A stretch of 64,000 nucleotides of DNA from an uncultured Armatimonadetes bacterium (GCA_963716175.1 OY970296.1:320001-384000), one strand, 5' to 3'; counted from the first letter of the stretch, positions 41,256 through 51,013 are shown. Notes: generated from the letters alone by a model not told the origin. A program made the numbers and translations.

Positions 41256-42785
41256 TCACTCCAGGTAGCCTAGCGCCTCGAGCTCGCGCCGGGTCTGGGG
41301 AGGTAGCTTGCTCTGCGGCACCTCCGACACGGGGGTGGCGGCCGCAGTCGGTGAGATGAACTGTGCCAGCGGGCGGGCCTGCGTGTGCGCGAAGGCCCGA
41401 AAGGCCGCGATCATCCTCGCGGCTCTATCTGCGTGCTCGGCGGCGACGCTGTGCGCTTGTGCCGGGTCGCTCCGCAGGTCGTACAACGCCCGCAGCTTCC
41501 CGCCGCGATAGAGGATGAGGGACCACGACTGGTCTCTCACCAGGTAGCTCGGCCAAGGCTCCGCGCAGGTGGCGAAGACATAGTCGCGCAGTCTGCTCCT
41601 CTTCCCGTTGAGTAGCGAGAGCAGAGAACTGCCCTGAATCCTGCCGCGCGGGTGAGGTATCTGATAGAGATCGAGGACCGTGGGCAGCAGGTCCACGGTC
41701 TGCGTCAGCGCAGCCACATCGCCGACGAGTCGCTGTCGGCCTGGCAACCTAATCAGCAGGGGAATATGCACGAACTCGTCGTAGACCGCGTGCGAATGAT
41801 AGATGTACCCGTGTTCCCCGAACGCCTCGCCGTGGTCGGAAGTGACGATCAGAAGCGTGTTGTCGAGAAGATCGCGCGCCCGGAGCAGTCGCACCACTTC
41901 GCCCACACCCCAGTCGGCCCACCGCAGATTGGCATCATATAGGTTTTGCCATTGCTGAGGCGGGAGCGCCTTCATCCTGCCGTAGGACGGCCGTGTTTCA
42001 GGGAACTCGAAGTGCCCGTACCGCACGCCGCGCGGCGGTGAATCTGCAAACAGCGCCTTCAGCTCGTCGGGAGCATCGTAGGGATTGTGAGGGGGAAGGA
42101 AGTGGAGATAAGCGAAGAACCGGGACTGCCGCTCCCCGGACAGCCACCTGCCGAATACCTGGGTCAGTCCCTCCGGCGTTCGCCAGATATCTCCCTCGGG
42201 TAGCCCGATTCGCTCCTTCTTGGCCGAACCGAGGGCGGACGGGCTTACGAACACGCGCTCGAAGTCGCCCCCAATGCCCACCGCGGGAGCCGCCACCGCA
42301 TTGGAGCTGAAGAAAGCGGTGTGAAACCCCGCCCCCTTCAGCAGCTCCTCCAGCGTGCGGATCGCCGCATCCATCGTCTTGCGCCCGACGATGCAGTGCG
42401 TGTCGGGGTAGAGGCCGGTCAACAGCGACGCCGTGGACGGCTTTGTAGAGGGGTATGGTGAGAAGTGGTTTCTGAAGACCACGGATTCCTTGGCCAGCTC
42501 GTCCATGTTCGGGGTGGTCTCGCGTGGATAGCCGTAACCACCAACGTGGTCGGCCCTGGCGGCGTCAATGACACAGACTACGAGGTTAGCCGACCGCGCT
42601 CCGGCCAGGAGCTGATCCAATACCGGCTCGCCAACGGCGAGCGGGCCAAGCTGCGCTGACGCGGCTGAAACCCCTCCCCCTGGCTTGGCTGAGCGCAGCC
42701 TCACACGGCCCACCACCGCGAGCAGGGCAAGGAGGAGCACCACCGGCACCGCGAGTTTCACCATCCGGGAGCGGGGACGTCGCAT
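41256..42785 (-). CDS. Sulfatase-like hydrolase (alkaline phosphatase superfamily), exported or membrane-anchored
   Basis: IDAARADH, TPNMD, TKPSTASLLTG, PHNPY, TSDHGEAFGEHG, HIPL, LYDL, LEALGY. Confidence 0.85.
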   Translation of the reverse strand: MRRPRSRMVKLAVPVVLLLALLAVVGRVRLRSAKPGGGVSAASAQLGPLAVGEPVLDQLLAGARSANLVVCVIDAARADHVGGYGYPRETTPNMDELAKESVVFRNHFSPYPSTKPSTASLLTGLYPDTHCIVGRKTMDAAIRTLEELLKGAGFHTAFFSSNAVAAPAVGIGGDFERVFVSPSALGSAKKERIGLPEGDIWRTPEGLTQVFGRWLSGERQSRFFAYLHFLPPHNPYDAPDELKALFADSPPRGVRYGHFEFPETRPSYGRMKALPPQQWQNLYDANLRWADWGVGEVVRLLRARDLLDNTLLIVTSDHGEAFGEHGYIYHSHAVYDEFVHIPLLIRLPGRQRLVGDVAALTQTVDLLPTVLDLYQIPHPRGRIQGSSLLSLLNGKRSRLRDYVFATCAEPWPSYLVRDQSWSLILYRGGKLRALYDLRSDPAQAHSVAAEHADRAARMIAAFRAFAHTQARPLAQFISPTAAATPVSEVPQSKLPPQTRRELEALGYLE

Positions 42786-42998
42786 GCTTGCTCAGGACTC
42801 CTCTGGCAGCCTTGCTGGGGCGAGCCCGGACGCGCGGACGCAAATCCAGCGCAGCAATGTGATTACTTCGACCCGCAGCCCGCGATCACCTCCAGGCAGC
42901 ACCGATCCGGCAGCGGGTCCGGCAGGTGTCGCGGCCAGACCGGCAGTATAGTAGGGACATCCCCAGCCGTTGGCGCTAGGAGATATGGTGAGGCCCGC

Positions 42999-44790
42999 GA
43001 TGACGCTGCGTTGTGCGATGGCTCTTGCATTGCTGATCGCGCTGGCTGCTTACCGCGAGCCGCTGGGCACCGCTGGGCAGTCGCCCCCCACGAAGGAGAA
43101 CACGATGACTCAGGTCGAGAAGTACGATCCATCATTCTGGGTGTTCGGCTACGGACACCCCGAGCATCTGCAGCTCATCAAGGACCTGGGGTTTATGGGC
43201 GTAGGATTTTGGGCTGCTGACCGCGATGGCGAACGCATCAAGTACTACTTCGATTCGCCGACGCTGCGGCGGTTCGACTGGGCCACGCGGTCCCAGGAGC
43301 GGCCCAACCTCAGCGAATACGCGGCGCAGGCGCACGCCGCCGGCCTGAAAGTGATGGCCAATATGGAGGGTGTAAACCCCTACCACTGGGAGGCCGGTCG
43401 GAAGAACTGGACGCCCGAGATCATCGGCAGCGTGATGGCCGACTTGCACAACGACGGCGCCGACCGCTGGTTCACAGAGTGCGCTGCAGGCTGGCCCTCG
43501 TTGTTCTTTGCGCTGGCCGACACCGGCCGGAAGATCGGCATGGAGTACCAGGAGGGAGACGACCCCTCCTACCTCTACTACTCTGACTCTGAGACCGGGC
43601 AGCAGGGCTTCACTGACGTGTACCGTCGCGGCCATATGGTCAGCATGTACCACTACCAGTACCGGCGTGACGAGATCGGCAAACAGGCAAGCCTCGCGCA
43701 GGAAGGATCCCTGGCCTACGGTTTCGCCCGTGACTGGGGCCTGCCGACGGTCATGGTCTACCCGGTCGGGCACAACTGGGGCGAGCTGCCGGAGTACTGG
43801 GAGGGAATTCTCAAGCCCAGCATCGCCATCCGCGCCCTCCAGTTCCGGGTCCGCGACATCATGCTCATCGGCCTCGATGACGAGAAGGCGCGGCTGGTAG
43901 ATATCGCTGGCGTGAAGCAGTGGGTTTCCCACCTGGTGGAGAGGAACGCGCAAGAGAAGAGACCGGTGCTGAACGTCGTCGCCCATCTGAGGAGGGGCGA
44001 GGGCGAGCACTGGCGCGACTTCGCCAGCTCCGGCGATGCGATCACCAGTGGGGCCTTCCATGCGGGATGGAACGTGGTGGCGAGCACGGAGCCGCTGGCC
44101 GCTGCGGACGCCTACTACGTCTACACCGCGGGCAACGACGCGCAGGGGACGCTCGACCTCACGGCCGAGATCGCCAAGCTGTTTGAGGGCAGCAAGCCGG
44201 TCTTCCTTCAGATCGGGTCCGACATCCCCAGCGGAGGCGACTTGACACCCAACTGGCGCCGGGCTCTGGCTGCCTGCGGCGTGAAGCCGGAGGCGACGTT
44301 CAGCTATGATGACATGCCGGCAAGCGGGACCTACAAGGGCGCTCCCTTCACCTACACCGGCATCTTCACCGCTTACGAGGTGACAGAGCGGCGGCATGGG
44401 ACGCTGATCCCGCGCTCGGCGGTGACCGGGAGCATCGCCGCGGAGGGCGACGGCGTCCCGCTCATCATCAGCGCTGGGAACAAGCACCTGATCCCTGCGA
44501 ACTGCATCCGGTGGCAGGTCATGTATCCGATCAGCGATTTGCTGGCGGGATGCGGAGTGCGCGCTTCCTCGGACGTATGGGGGATTGCGGGAGAGCAGGT
44601 AACAGTGCTCTTGGCGACGCACGACACCGAGCTTGATATGGTCATCCCGGGACTGGCGAAGGGCGCCAAGATCCGGGTCACGCAGTGGGACAGGCTCCAC
44701 CAGATCACATATCAGGACACCGTCACCTACACTGGCTCATACCACAGGAGCATGAAGCAGTTCGATTCGATTGTCTTGGAGGCGCTCTGA
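42999..44790 (+). CDS. Hypothetical protein, possibly secreted and TIM-barrel GH-like
   Basis: Long ORF with coding-like GC3 bias and a hydrophobic N-terminus; alternative start at 43105 after AAGGAG; no family recognised. Confidence 0.6.
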
Positions 44791-44956
44791 GCTGCGGCCT
44801 GCGACGATCCAGAGGTCAGGCCGTGGCCTGTGACGATCTGCTGGCCATCCCCGGTACAGGGAACGAGCTTACCTGCAACTCAGAGGAGTGCCCGAGGACC
44901 CCCGGTTATCTGCGCGCGCGAATGGCGGCCCAAAAAGGAGGAACGGGAGGAAACCG

Positions 44957-46111
44957 ATGAGCGCTCAGAAGATGTTGGTCAGTGCTGTAGTTGTGCTGCT
45001 GGCTGTGGCCGGATCAGGGTTCGCACAGGGCGGCGGGCGCATGGGCCGCGGCGGTCGCGGCGGCTTCGGTCCGGGCAGCGGCGGTGGCCCCGGCGGGCCC
45101 TTCGACCCGGCACAGATGCGTCAGGCCTTGATGGCAGCAGGCGCGACCGAGGCCGACCTGGCGGCTATCGAGAGCTACCGCACGGCCCAGCGTAGCGCCA
45201 TGGATCCGCTGATGCAGGCGATGCTAGGCCTACAGGAAGCAGCAGGAAAGAGCGCCACGAACGAGCAGGCGACGCAGGCTGTGAGTAAGTACGAGGCGCT
45301 GAAGGCGAGCACGCTGACGCAACTGGCGAAGGCCGACGAAGGTCTCAGAGCGCAGCTTCGGCTATCGGCCAGGCCGAAGCTGCATGCTGCCTTGCTGGGG
45401 ATGGGCGTGCTCGATGACGGCCTGAGAGGGTTCGGAGGCATGAGAGGCGGCCGGCCGGGCCCGCCAGGTGGATTTGGCGGACGCGGGGGCCGCATGGGTG
45501 GCCCTGGTATGAACCGGGGGGCTTCACCTTCCTTTGACAGCCAAACGCTCCCGAACACAGACGCGGAGAAGACGATCCTGGCCGTGATCCAGGACCTGGA
45601 GGCGGGCCCACGGATGGAGAACGTCCCGCCCGAGGACGGCAGGCTGCTGCGGGTTCTGACGGAGGCAATCGGAGCCAAGCACGCGGTCGAGATCGGCACT
45701 TCCAACGGGTACTCGGCCCTCTGGCTCTCCCTGGCGCTACGGGACACGGGCGGGAAGCTGACCACGCATGAGATAGACCCCGAGCGCGCCGCTCTGGCCC
45801 GGGAGAACTTCGAGCGCGCTGGCGTTGGCGACATCGTCACCGTCGTTGAGGGCGATGCTCACGAGACGGTGACGAGGATCAAGGAGCCGGTTGACTTGCT
45901 GTTCCTTGATGCCGACAAGGAAGGCTACCTTGATTACCTGAACAAGCTTCTGCCGGTGGTGCGTCGCGGTGGGCTGGTGGTGGCCCATAACATGAACCCG
46001 GCGCAGGCAGATCCGCGGTACGTTGCTGCCATCACCGAGAACCCAGCGCTAGAGACGATCTTCCTGCACATGGAGGGAATGGGTGTCGGCGTGACTCTCA
46101 AGAAGGACTGA
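44957..46111 (+). CDS. O-methyltransferase with a signal peptide and Gly-rich/helical N-terminal extension
   Basis: VEIGTSNGYS, EIDPER, GDAHE, DLLFLDADKEGY, GGLVVAHN. Confidence 0.85.
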   Translation: MSAQKMLVSAVVVLLAVAGSGFAQGGGRMGRGGRGGFGPGSGGGPGGPFDPAQMRQALMAAGATEADLAAIESYRTAQRSAMDPLMQAMLGLQEAAGKSATNEQATQAVSKYEALKASTLTQLAKADEGLRAQLRLSARPKLHAALLGMGVLDDGLRGFGGMRGGRPGPPGGFGGRGGRMGGPGMNRGASPSFDSQTLPNTDAEKTILAVIQDLEAGPRMENVPPEDGRLLRVLTEAIGAKHAVEIGTSNGYSALWLSLALRDTGGKLTTHEIDPERAALARENFERAGVGDIVTVVEGDAHETVTRIKEPVDLLFLDADKEGYLDYLNKLLPVVRRGGLVVAHNMNPAQADPRYVAAITENPALETIFLHMEGMGVGVTLKKD

Positions 46112-46168
46112 GGATCGGCCGCAGCGCACCGGGCGGGCAACCGTGCCCACCGCTATCTGGTGTCCACA

Positions 46169-47011
46169 CTACGTCGGCGGGTGCTCTTCCCCCGGAATCC
46201 CCACCGCATCCGCGGGGCACTGCCGGCAGAGCCGGAACTGCTTGATGATGCGCTCGCACTGCAAGCGTGTCTCGCGCAGTTCATGGCAAGATGGAGGTGC
46301 GAGATGCCTGAACCTCCCCAGTGGGATGAGCGGGGTGATGTTCTGTATGTGGGCACCGAGTCTGCTGACCACCCCGGCCACCTTCTCCAGATGTCCGCCG
46401 TCGTTCAGCCCTGGAAGGAGGATGCTGTTAACCTTGATCGCGAATCCCAATGCGGCTGCCTTTTCCAGCCCGGCGAGTTGGCTCTCCAGCAGGGCCTTCG
46501 CTCCTTCCAGGCCCGTTAGCCTCTTGCCACCATGCTCGACGTAGGCATAGATCCTTTCGCCGATCGTGGGGTCAACGGTGTTCATCGTAACCGTCAGTGT
46601 CCGCACCCCCAGATCCCACAACTGTTCTGAGCGCTCGCACAGCAGCAATCCATTGGTGCTCACGCACAGCATCAAGGCAGGATAGCGGGCGCTGACCAGC
46701 TGCAGTGTCTCGAAGGTGCTGGATTGGCAGAGAGGCTCCCCTGGCCCCGCAATCCCGACCACTGCCAGGCTGGCATCATGCGCCAGGTACTGGTCTAGTC
46801 GTCGCAGCGCCTCCTCCGGGGTCAGGACCCTGTCGGCTACAGCGGGACGGTAGCTGTGGTAGGTCTTCCCCCCGATCTCCCGCTCGCAGTAGTTACAGCC
46901 GAGGTTGCAGTCCGGGGCCACAGGCAGATGCATCCTGCCATACCGGAAGTGAGCCGAAGGCGAGTAGCAGGGGTGCTTGTCCAGATTCACCACGGCAGCG
47001 CTTCTCGTCAT
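46169..47011 (-). CDS. nifB: NifB-like radical SAM protein (stand-alone, no NifX-like domain)
   Basis: HPC, RMHLPVAP.CNLGCNYC, GIAGPGE, STNGL, TVTMN, KVN, CRQC.ADAVG. Confidence 0.85.
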   Translation of the reverse strand: MTRSAAVVNLDKHPCYSPSAHFRYGRMHLPVAPDCNLGCNYCEREIGGKTYHSYRPAVADRVLTPEEALRRLDQYLAHDASLAVVGIAGPGEPLCQSSTFETLQLVSARYPALMLCVSTNGLLLCERSEQLWDLGVRTLTVTMNTVDPTIGERIYAYVEHGGKRLTGLEGAKALLESQLAGLEKAAALGFAIKVNSILLPGLNDGGHLEKVAGVVSRLGAHIQNITPLIPLGRFRHLAPPSCHELRETRLQCERIIKQFRLCRQCPADAVGIPGEEHPPT

Positions 47012-47053
47012 CTGCCGGCCTCGTCGTAGGCCTCTCTCATTGCCGGTAAGTGC

Positions 47054-47911
47054 TCAACCGGGTAGACCATCGGTGTGCGCATAGACTGACTGGTAGAGCA
47101 CCTCCAGGTCAGACCACTCCATGGGGGTTGGGATGACGCGGATTTCATTGTCCAGCACCGCGTCTGCAAGCCGGCGGAAGTTCCCCGCGGCGAAGGAGTC
47201 AGGCAGGGCCTCCATCACCGTCTTCCCGTGGACCTCGCACATCTGGATATCCTGGCTGCGAGGGATAGAGCAGACCAGAGTGCATCCCAACTTGGAGGCG
47301 AAGTGCTCCAGCAAGCGGTTCTCGTAAGCTTCCTCCCCGCGGTGATTGCAGATGATGCCGGCCAACCGGGACGGACTGTGCTGGGCAAGGCGAGCAATCC
47401 CTCGCGCGATGTTGTTCGCCGCGTAGAGGCTCATGAATTCCCCGGTGCAGACCAGGTAGATCTCGCGAGCGTACCCCATCCGAATCGGCTGAGCAAAGCC
47501 GCCGCACACCACATCCCCTAGCACGTCGTAGAGCACCACGTCCAACTGGTAACGGTCAAACGCACCTTTGTCCTTGAGGTAGGAGATAGCAGTGAGCACC
47601 CCTCGCCCCGCGCATCCGATGCCAGGCTCCGGGCCACCGGACTCCACGCACTTGACGCCCTGGTACCCCTCGAACACAACTCCTTCCAGAGGGACTGTCT
47701 CCGCGTCTTTTCCGGCCGCCAGCTGGTCGCGCATCCGGTCCAGGACGGAAGGGATCATCCGGCCGCCGGTGAGATTGCGGGTCGAGTCTCGCTTTGGGTC
47801 GCACCCGATCTGCATCACCTTGCATCCGCGCTCGGCGAAGGCGACGGAGAGGTTTGCGGTGATGGTGCTCTTCCCAATGCCGCCTTTCCCATAGATCGCG
47901 ATCTGTCTCAT
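47054..47911 (-). CDS. NifH-like iron protein of a nitrogenase-like reductase
   Basis: MRQIAIYGKGGIGKST, GCDPKRDST, ESGGPEPGIGCAGRG, YDVLGDVVCGGFA. Confidence 0.92.
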   Translation of the reverse strand: MRQIAIYGKGGIGKSTITANLSVAFAERGCKVMQIGCDPKRDSTRNLTGGRMIPSVLDRMRDQLAAGKDAETVPLEGVVFEGYQGVKCVESGGPEPGIGCAGRGVLTAISYLKDKGAFDRYQLDVVLYDVLGDVVCGGFAQPIRMGYAREIYLVCTGEFMSLYAANNIARGIARLAQHSPSRLAGIICNHRGEEAYENRLLEHFASKLGCTLVCSIPRSQDIQMCEVHGKTVMEALPDSFAAGNFRRLADAVLDNEIRVIPTPMEWSDLEVLYQSVYAHTDGLPG

Positions 47912-47913
47912 CC

Positions 47914-49242
47914 TCACCACTTGGATCGGTACCTCTTTTCGCGGGAGCGCCACCGCTGTTGGTGGTCGTTCTCTAGGATCTCCAGCAGATGCAGCAGACC
48001 CTCGTACCCGAAGTAGGGCCGGTCGGTCATATAGAAGCGATCCGTCGGGGAGATGACGTTGAAAGAGAACGGAATGCCCAGCTCTTGAGCGAGGTGGTGT
48101 TCGACCATGCTGCCAAACACGCATGCAGGCTTGCTCTCCCTCAGGCCTTGCTTGACGTCGTAGGCGTCCGCGTCGAGGGTCACGGGAGTGGCAAGCGTGA
48201 GCTCTTCGAGCTCACGCTTGAGAATGGAACGGGCGGTCTCATCGGACGATCTCAGGAAGATCGAACAGGGTATCGCCTCCAGGTCCTCCATGATCAGCCG
48301 GACTAGCGGGATGCCAACAGTCGCGTCCGCTACGATCGCGGCCTCCACCCGGTGGAAGAAAGCAATCCCGGGACCGCGCAACCGGATGGCGCAGATGACC
48401 TGCTCGTGGCCTTCCTCAATCAGCTCCTGCGCCGTCTGCTCCGCGCCAAATCGCTGGCCCAGGGCCTCCAGCCATCTTCTCGTGTTCGACAGCCCAATGG
48501 GGAGCGGTATCTGCCGGCAGACCGGCTCGATGTCGTATCGTTCGGCAAGCTTGTCGGCGATCCCCCCGCCGGCATCATGGCTCAGCAGGAGACTGGTCTC
48601 GGCCGACGGAGTGCGGGCGATCCCCTCCATGTCCTGCAGATGGGTCAAGACGCTGACTACGGTGACTCCCATTTCAGCGAGCACCCCTCGCACCCAGGCC
48701 AGATCGGCATGCCACGTCGGATTCGCGCTGGCATGAGGGGCAATCAGCGTGACTGAGTTCTTAACCTTTCCCCCGCTATCGCGCGCAGCGAAGTCCAGCA
48801 GCTTTCCCAGCGCCAGGTCAATCCCCTGGTATTCGTCTCCCCGAAAGCCCGCGCACTCGATCGGCAGGATCTGCGCGCTGGACTCCGGAGCCATCAGCTC
48901 TGCGACTGCGGCGATGTCGTCGCCGACGACCTCCGGCCCGCAAGCGGAGAGGATGAACAGATAGGGCATGCCATAGGCCTCAGCGTCTCGGATGGTCTCC
49001 TTGAGCCGCTCCTCTCCCCCGTACACGATCTCCTTCTCGCAGAGCTTCGAAGAAACGACATGGGCCTCGGAGAAGTCCACATGCTGGCTGGCGAGCGCGT
49101 TGCCGATGAGGCCGTGGCAGCCTTGGGGACAGTGCAGGACAATGCAGGCGTCTCGGATCCCAGCCACCGTCTTGGCCGCTCCTGCGAAAGCGCACCGGAG
49201 GTAGGGGTCCAGGCAGCTCCGCTCTGTGGGGTTCTCTGGCAT
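47914..49242 (-). CDS. Nitrogenase component-1-like subunit (K/beta-like)
   Basis: CAFAGA, HCPQGC, L.EKEIVYGGEERL, SACGPEVVGDD, PIGL..T..WL, PYFGYEG. Confidence 0.88.
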   Translation of the reverse strand: MPENPTERSCLDPYLRCAFAGAAKTVAGIRDACIVLHCPQGCHGLIGNALASQHVDFSEAHVVSSKLCEKEIVYGGEERLKETIRDAEAYGMPYLFILSACGPEVVGDDIAAVAELMAPESSAQILPIECAGFRGDEYQGIDLALGKLLDFAARDSGGKVKNSVTLIAPHASANPTWHADLAWVRGVLAEMGVTVVSVLTHLQDMEGIARTPSAETSLLLSHDAGGGIADKLAERYDIEPVCRQIPLPIGLSNTRRWLEALGQRFGAEQTAQELIEEGHEQVICAIRLRGPGIAFFHRVEAAIVADATVGIPLVRLIMEDLEAIPCSIFLRSSDETARSILKRELEELTLATPVTLDADAYDVKQGLRESKPACVFGSMVEHHLAQELGIPFSFNVISPTDRFYMTDRPYFGYEGLLHLLEILENDHQQRWRSREKRYRSKW

Positions 49243-49277
49243 GGGCCTTCTCTGGATCCGGGAGATCGGTCAGCTCG

Positions 49278-50690
49278 CTACCACAGGTCCCCGTGCACTG
49301 CGATGCCGTACATTGCCTGCCGCATCAAGCCAGAGCGAGGCCGATCGGCGTGCTTTATCGCCGAGGCGGCGCGGCGAGCGATGTTCTGTACGCCAGTGAA
49401 GCCGAAGTGAGGGAAGGCGATCTCGGTGTCCAGGTTGACCACCGGGACGCCGGGGAACCGCAACGGGCTGCCGAAGTAGACGAAATCGTCCGCTCCGCCG
49501 ATGAAAGCCTCCAGCTCGTCCTGCGTCTGCTTGGAGACTTCGTAGCTGCCCATCTCAAAGGCGCCTTTAGTGAGCACGACTTCCGGATTCTCTCCACTGT
49601 CGAGCAAGAACCGAACCGCCGCCTTCCGCTCCCGCAGGGTATACGGGTGCATGTTGAAGATCACGGCTTGCATGCCGAATTCGGCCGCCATCCGGGCGAG
49701 CGCGATGGACCGCATGGGCCCGGTCTCTATCAAGGCCGTCCGACCTTGGAGCAAGGACCTAGCCTCCCTCAAGTCGGGCTCGATGCGCTCGGCCTCACGA
49801 GCTGTGAACTCGCGCGCCTGATCGTCCAGGCCCAAGGGCTCGGCAATCTTGCGAACCCAGTCCATGGTGGCTCCCATCCCGTAGGGGAGCCCGGATTCGC
49901 AGAAGGGAATCCCAAACCGCTCCTTCATGAGCAAGCCGATGCGCCTGCCCCAATCGAAGCACCAGGACGTGTTCAACGCCGCGCAGGGAGCACGTCTGAC
50001 CTGTTCCAGGGTACAACCACCCGCCACTACACTGTGCAGCTTGGCCCCGAACTGGGAGAGGATGAGCTGCAGCTCCTCGATGTCCTCCCGGATCTCCGTG
50101 TATGGGGGGCCCGCTCGCGCGCCGACGATGTTCACGCTGTGCGGAATGGTCTCTGTGGGAGGCTCCATCAGATCCACAATGACGCGGAAGGCCTGCTCGT
50201 GCCCACTTCGGAAGTCGCCCCCAAATCCCTCGCTGCGGATGGTCGTGATCTCCGCCTTCACCTGCCCCCGCATCTGCCGGGCGATCCCCTCGACGTCATC
50301 CCCAGTGATTCCGGGGCAGCAAGTGCTCATCACCACGATGAGATCCGGGCAGTACTTCTGGTCCACCTCCAAGATGGCCCGGGCGAGCTTGCCTTCGCCG
50401 CCAAAAACGACGTGACTCTCGTTCAGTGCAGTGCATACCGTGGGTTCGTAGGGCCGGCCGCGGTATTGACAGCCTGCGACCCTAAGGCCCCGAATGGAGT
50501 AGGTGCACCCGCGCGGGCCGTGCACGATCGGCACCACGTTGTTGATCCCGCTGATCACTGTAGCCGCGGTCTGGAACTTGCAGGGGGGCGCGTGAGAGGC
50601 CTGTAGCTGGGAGGAGAGCTCGCCGGCCTCCACCCTTCGCAGGTACTCATCCAGCCTGCCCTGAAACACGATGTAATCCGTTTCCGCCAC
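49278..50690 (-). CDS. Nitrogenase component-1-like subunit (D/alpha-like)
   Basis: PCKF, HGPRGC, LNESHVVFGGEGKL, TCCPGITGDDV, EGF, LNTSWC, PYG...T..W, PHFGFTG; GTG start at 50690 inferred. Confidence 0.88.
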   Translation of the reverse strand: MAETDYIVFQGRLDEYLRRVEAGELSSQLQASHAPPCKFQTAATVISGINNVVPIVHGPRGCTYSIRGLRVAGCQYRGRPYEPTVCTALNESHVVFGGEGKLARAILEVDQKYCPDLIVVMSTCCPGITGDDVEGIARQMRGQVKAEITTIRSEGFGGDFRSGHEQAFRVIVDLMEPPTETIPHSVNIVGARAGPPYTEIREDIEELQLILSQFGAKLHSVVAGGCTLEQVRRAPCAALNTSWCFDWGRRIGLLMKERFGIPFCESGLPYGMGATMDWVRKIAEPLGLDDQAREFTAREAERIEPDLREARSLLQGRTALIETGPMRSIALARMAAEFGMQAVIFNMHPYTLRERKAAVRFLLDSGENPEVVLTKGAFEMGSYEVSKQTQDELEAFIGGADDFVYFGSPLRFPGVPVVNLDTEIAFPHFGFTGVQNIARRAASAIKHADRPRSGLMRQAMYGIAVHGDLW

Positions 50691-50697
50691 GTCACTG

Positions 50698-50726
50698 ATA
50701 CTAGACCCTTTGGACCTGCGAAGCAA
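50698..50726 (-). promoter_or_regulatory. Candidate sigma70 promoter for the nitrogenase-like operon
   Basis: TTGCTT-17 nt-TAGTAT, ending 7 nt before the GTG at 50690. Confidence 0.5.
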
Positions 50727-50847
50727 GGACTGATTCCGCCCGCGCTGCCAACCCGCGGTCTCCCGCCCATGCCCGCACGGTGCTAGACGCCCATTGCTGT
50801 AACCACGGCAAGCAACGCATCCGCATCTGCCCCAGAGCCACGTCGCC

Positions 50848-51013
50848 TTGACAGAAGTCCTGCCACCGGCTACCCTTGGCCCGTCTGGTCGAGGCAAGTC
50901 AGGCGGGAGTGGGAAGGTGGCTGCCGCATTGGCTGTGCTCATGCTTCTTGCACCGGTCTCCTCAGCAGTGTCGAGGCGCGCCTTCCTGGCGCGCCTTTTC
51001 TAGTGGCCCTGCG
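50848..51013 (+). promoter_or_regulatory. Repeated promoter-leader-terminator element, copy A
   Basis: TTGACA-17-TACCCT; terminator AGGCGCGCC-ttcct-GGCGCGCCT-TTTC; homologous to 63508-63675. Confidence 0.7.

Noticed and set aside
46169-50690. Bona fide nitrogen-fixation (nifHDK) cluster
   Set aside because: No nifEN or accessory genes in the window, D-K-H-B gene order, highly divergent D/K, and no His442 motif.
50691-50942. 84-aa N-terminal extension of the D-like ORF given in the ORF track
   Set aside because: It overlaps the divergent promoter element and looks non-coding; GTG at 50690 fits better. Similar over-extensions were trimmed for the ORFs listed at 13268, 36051, 48124, 56950 and 62600.
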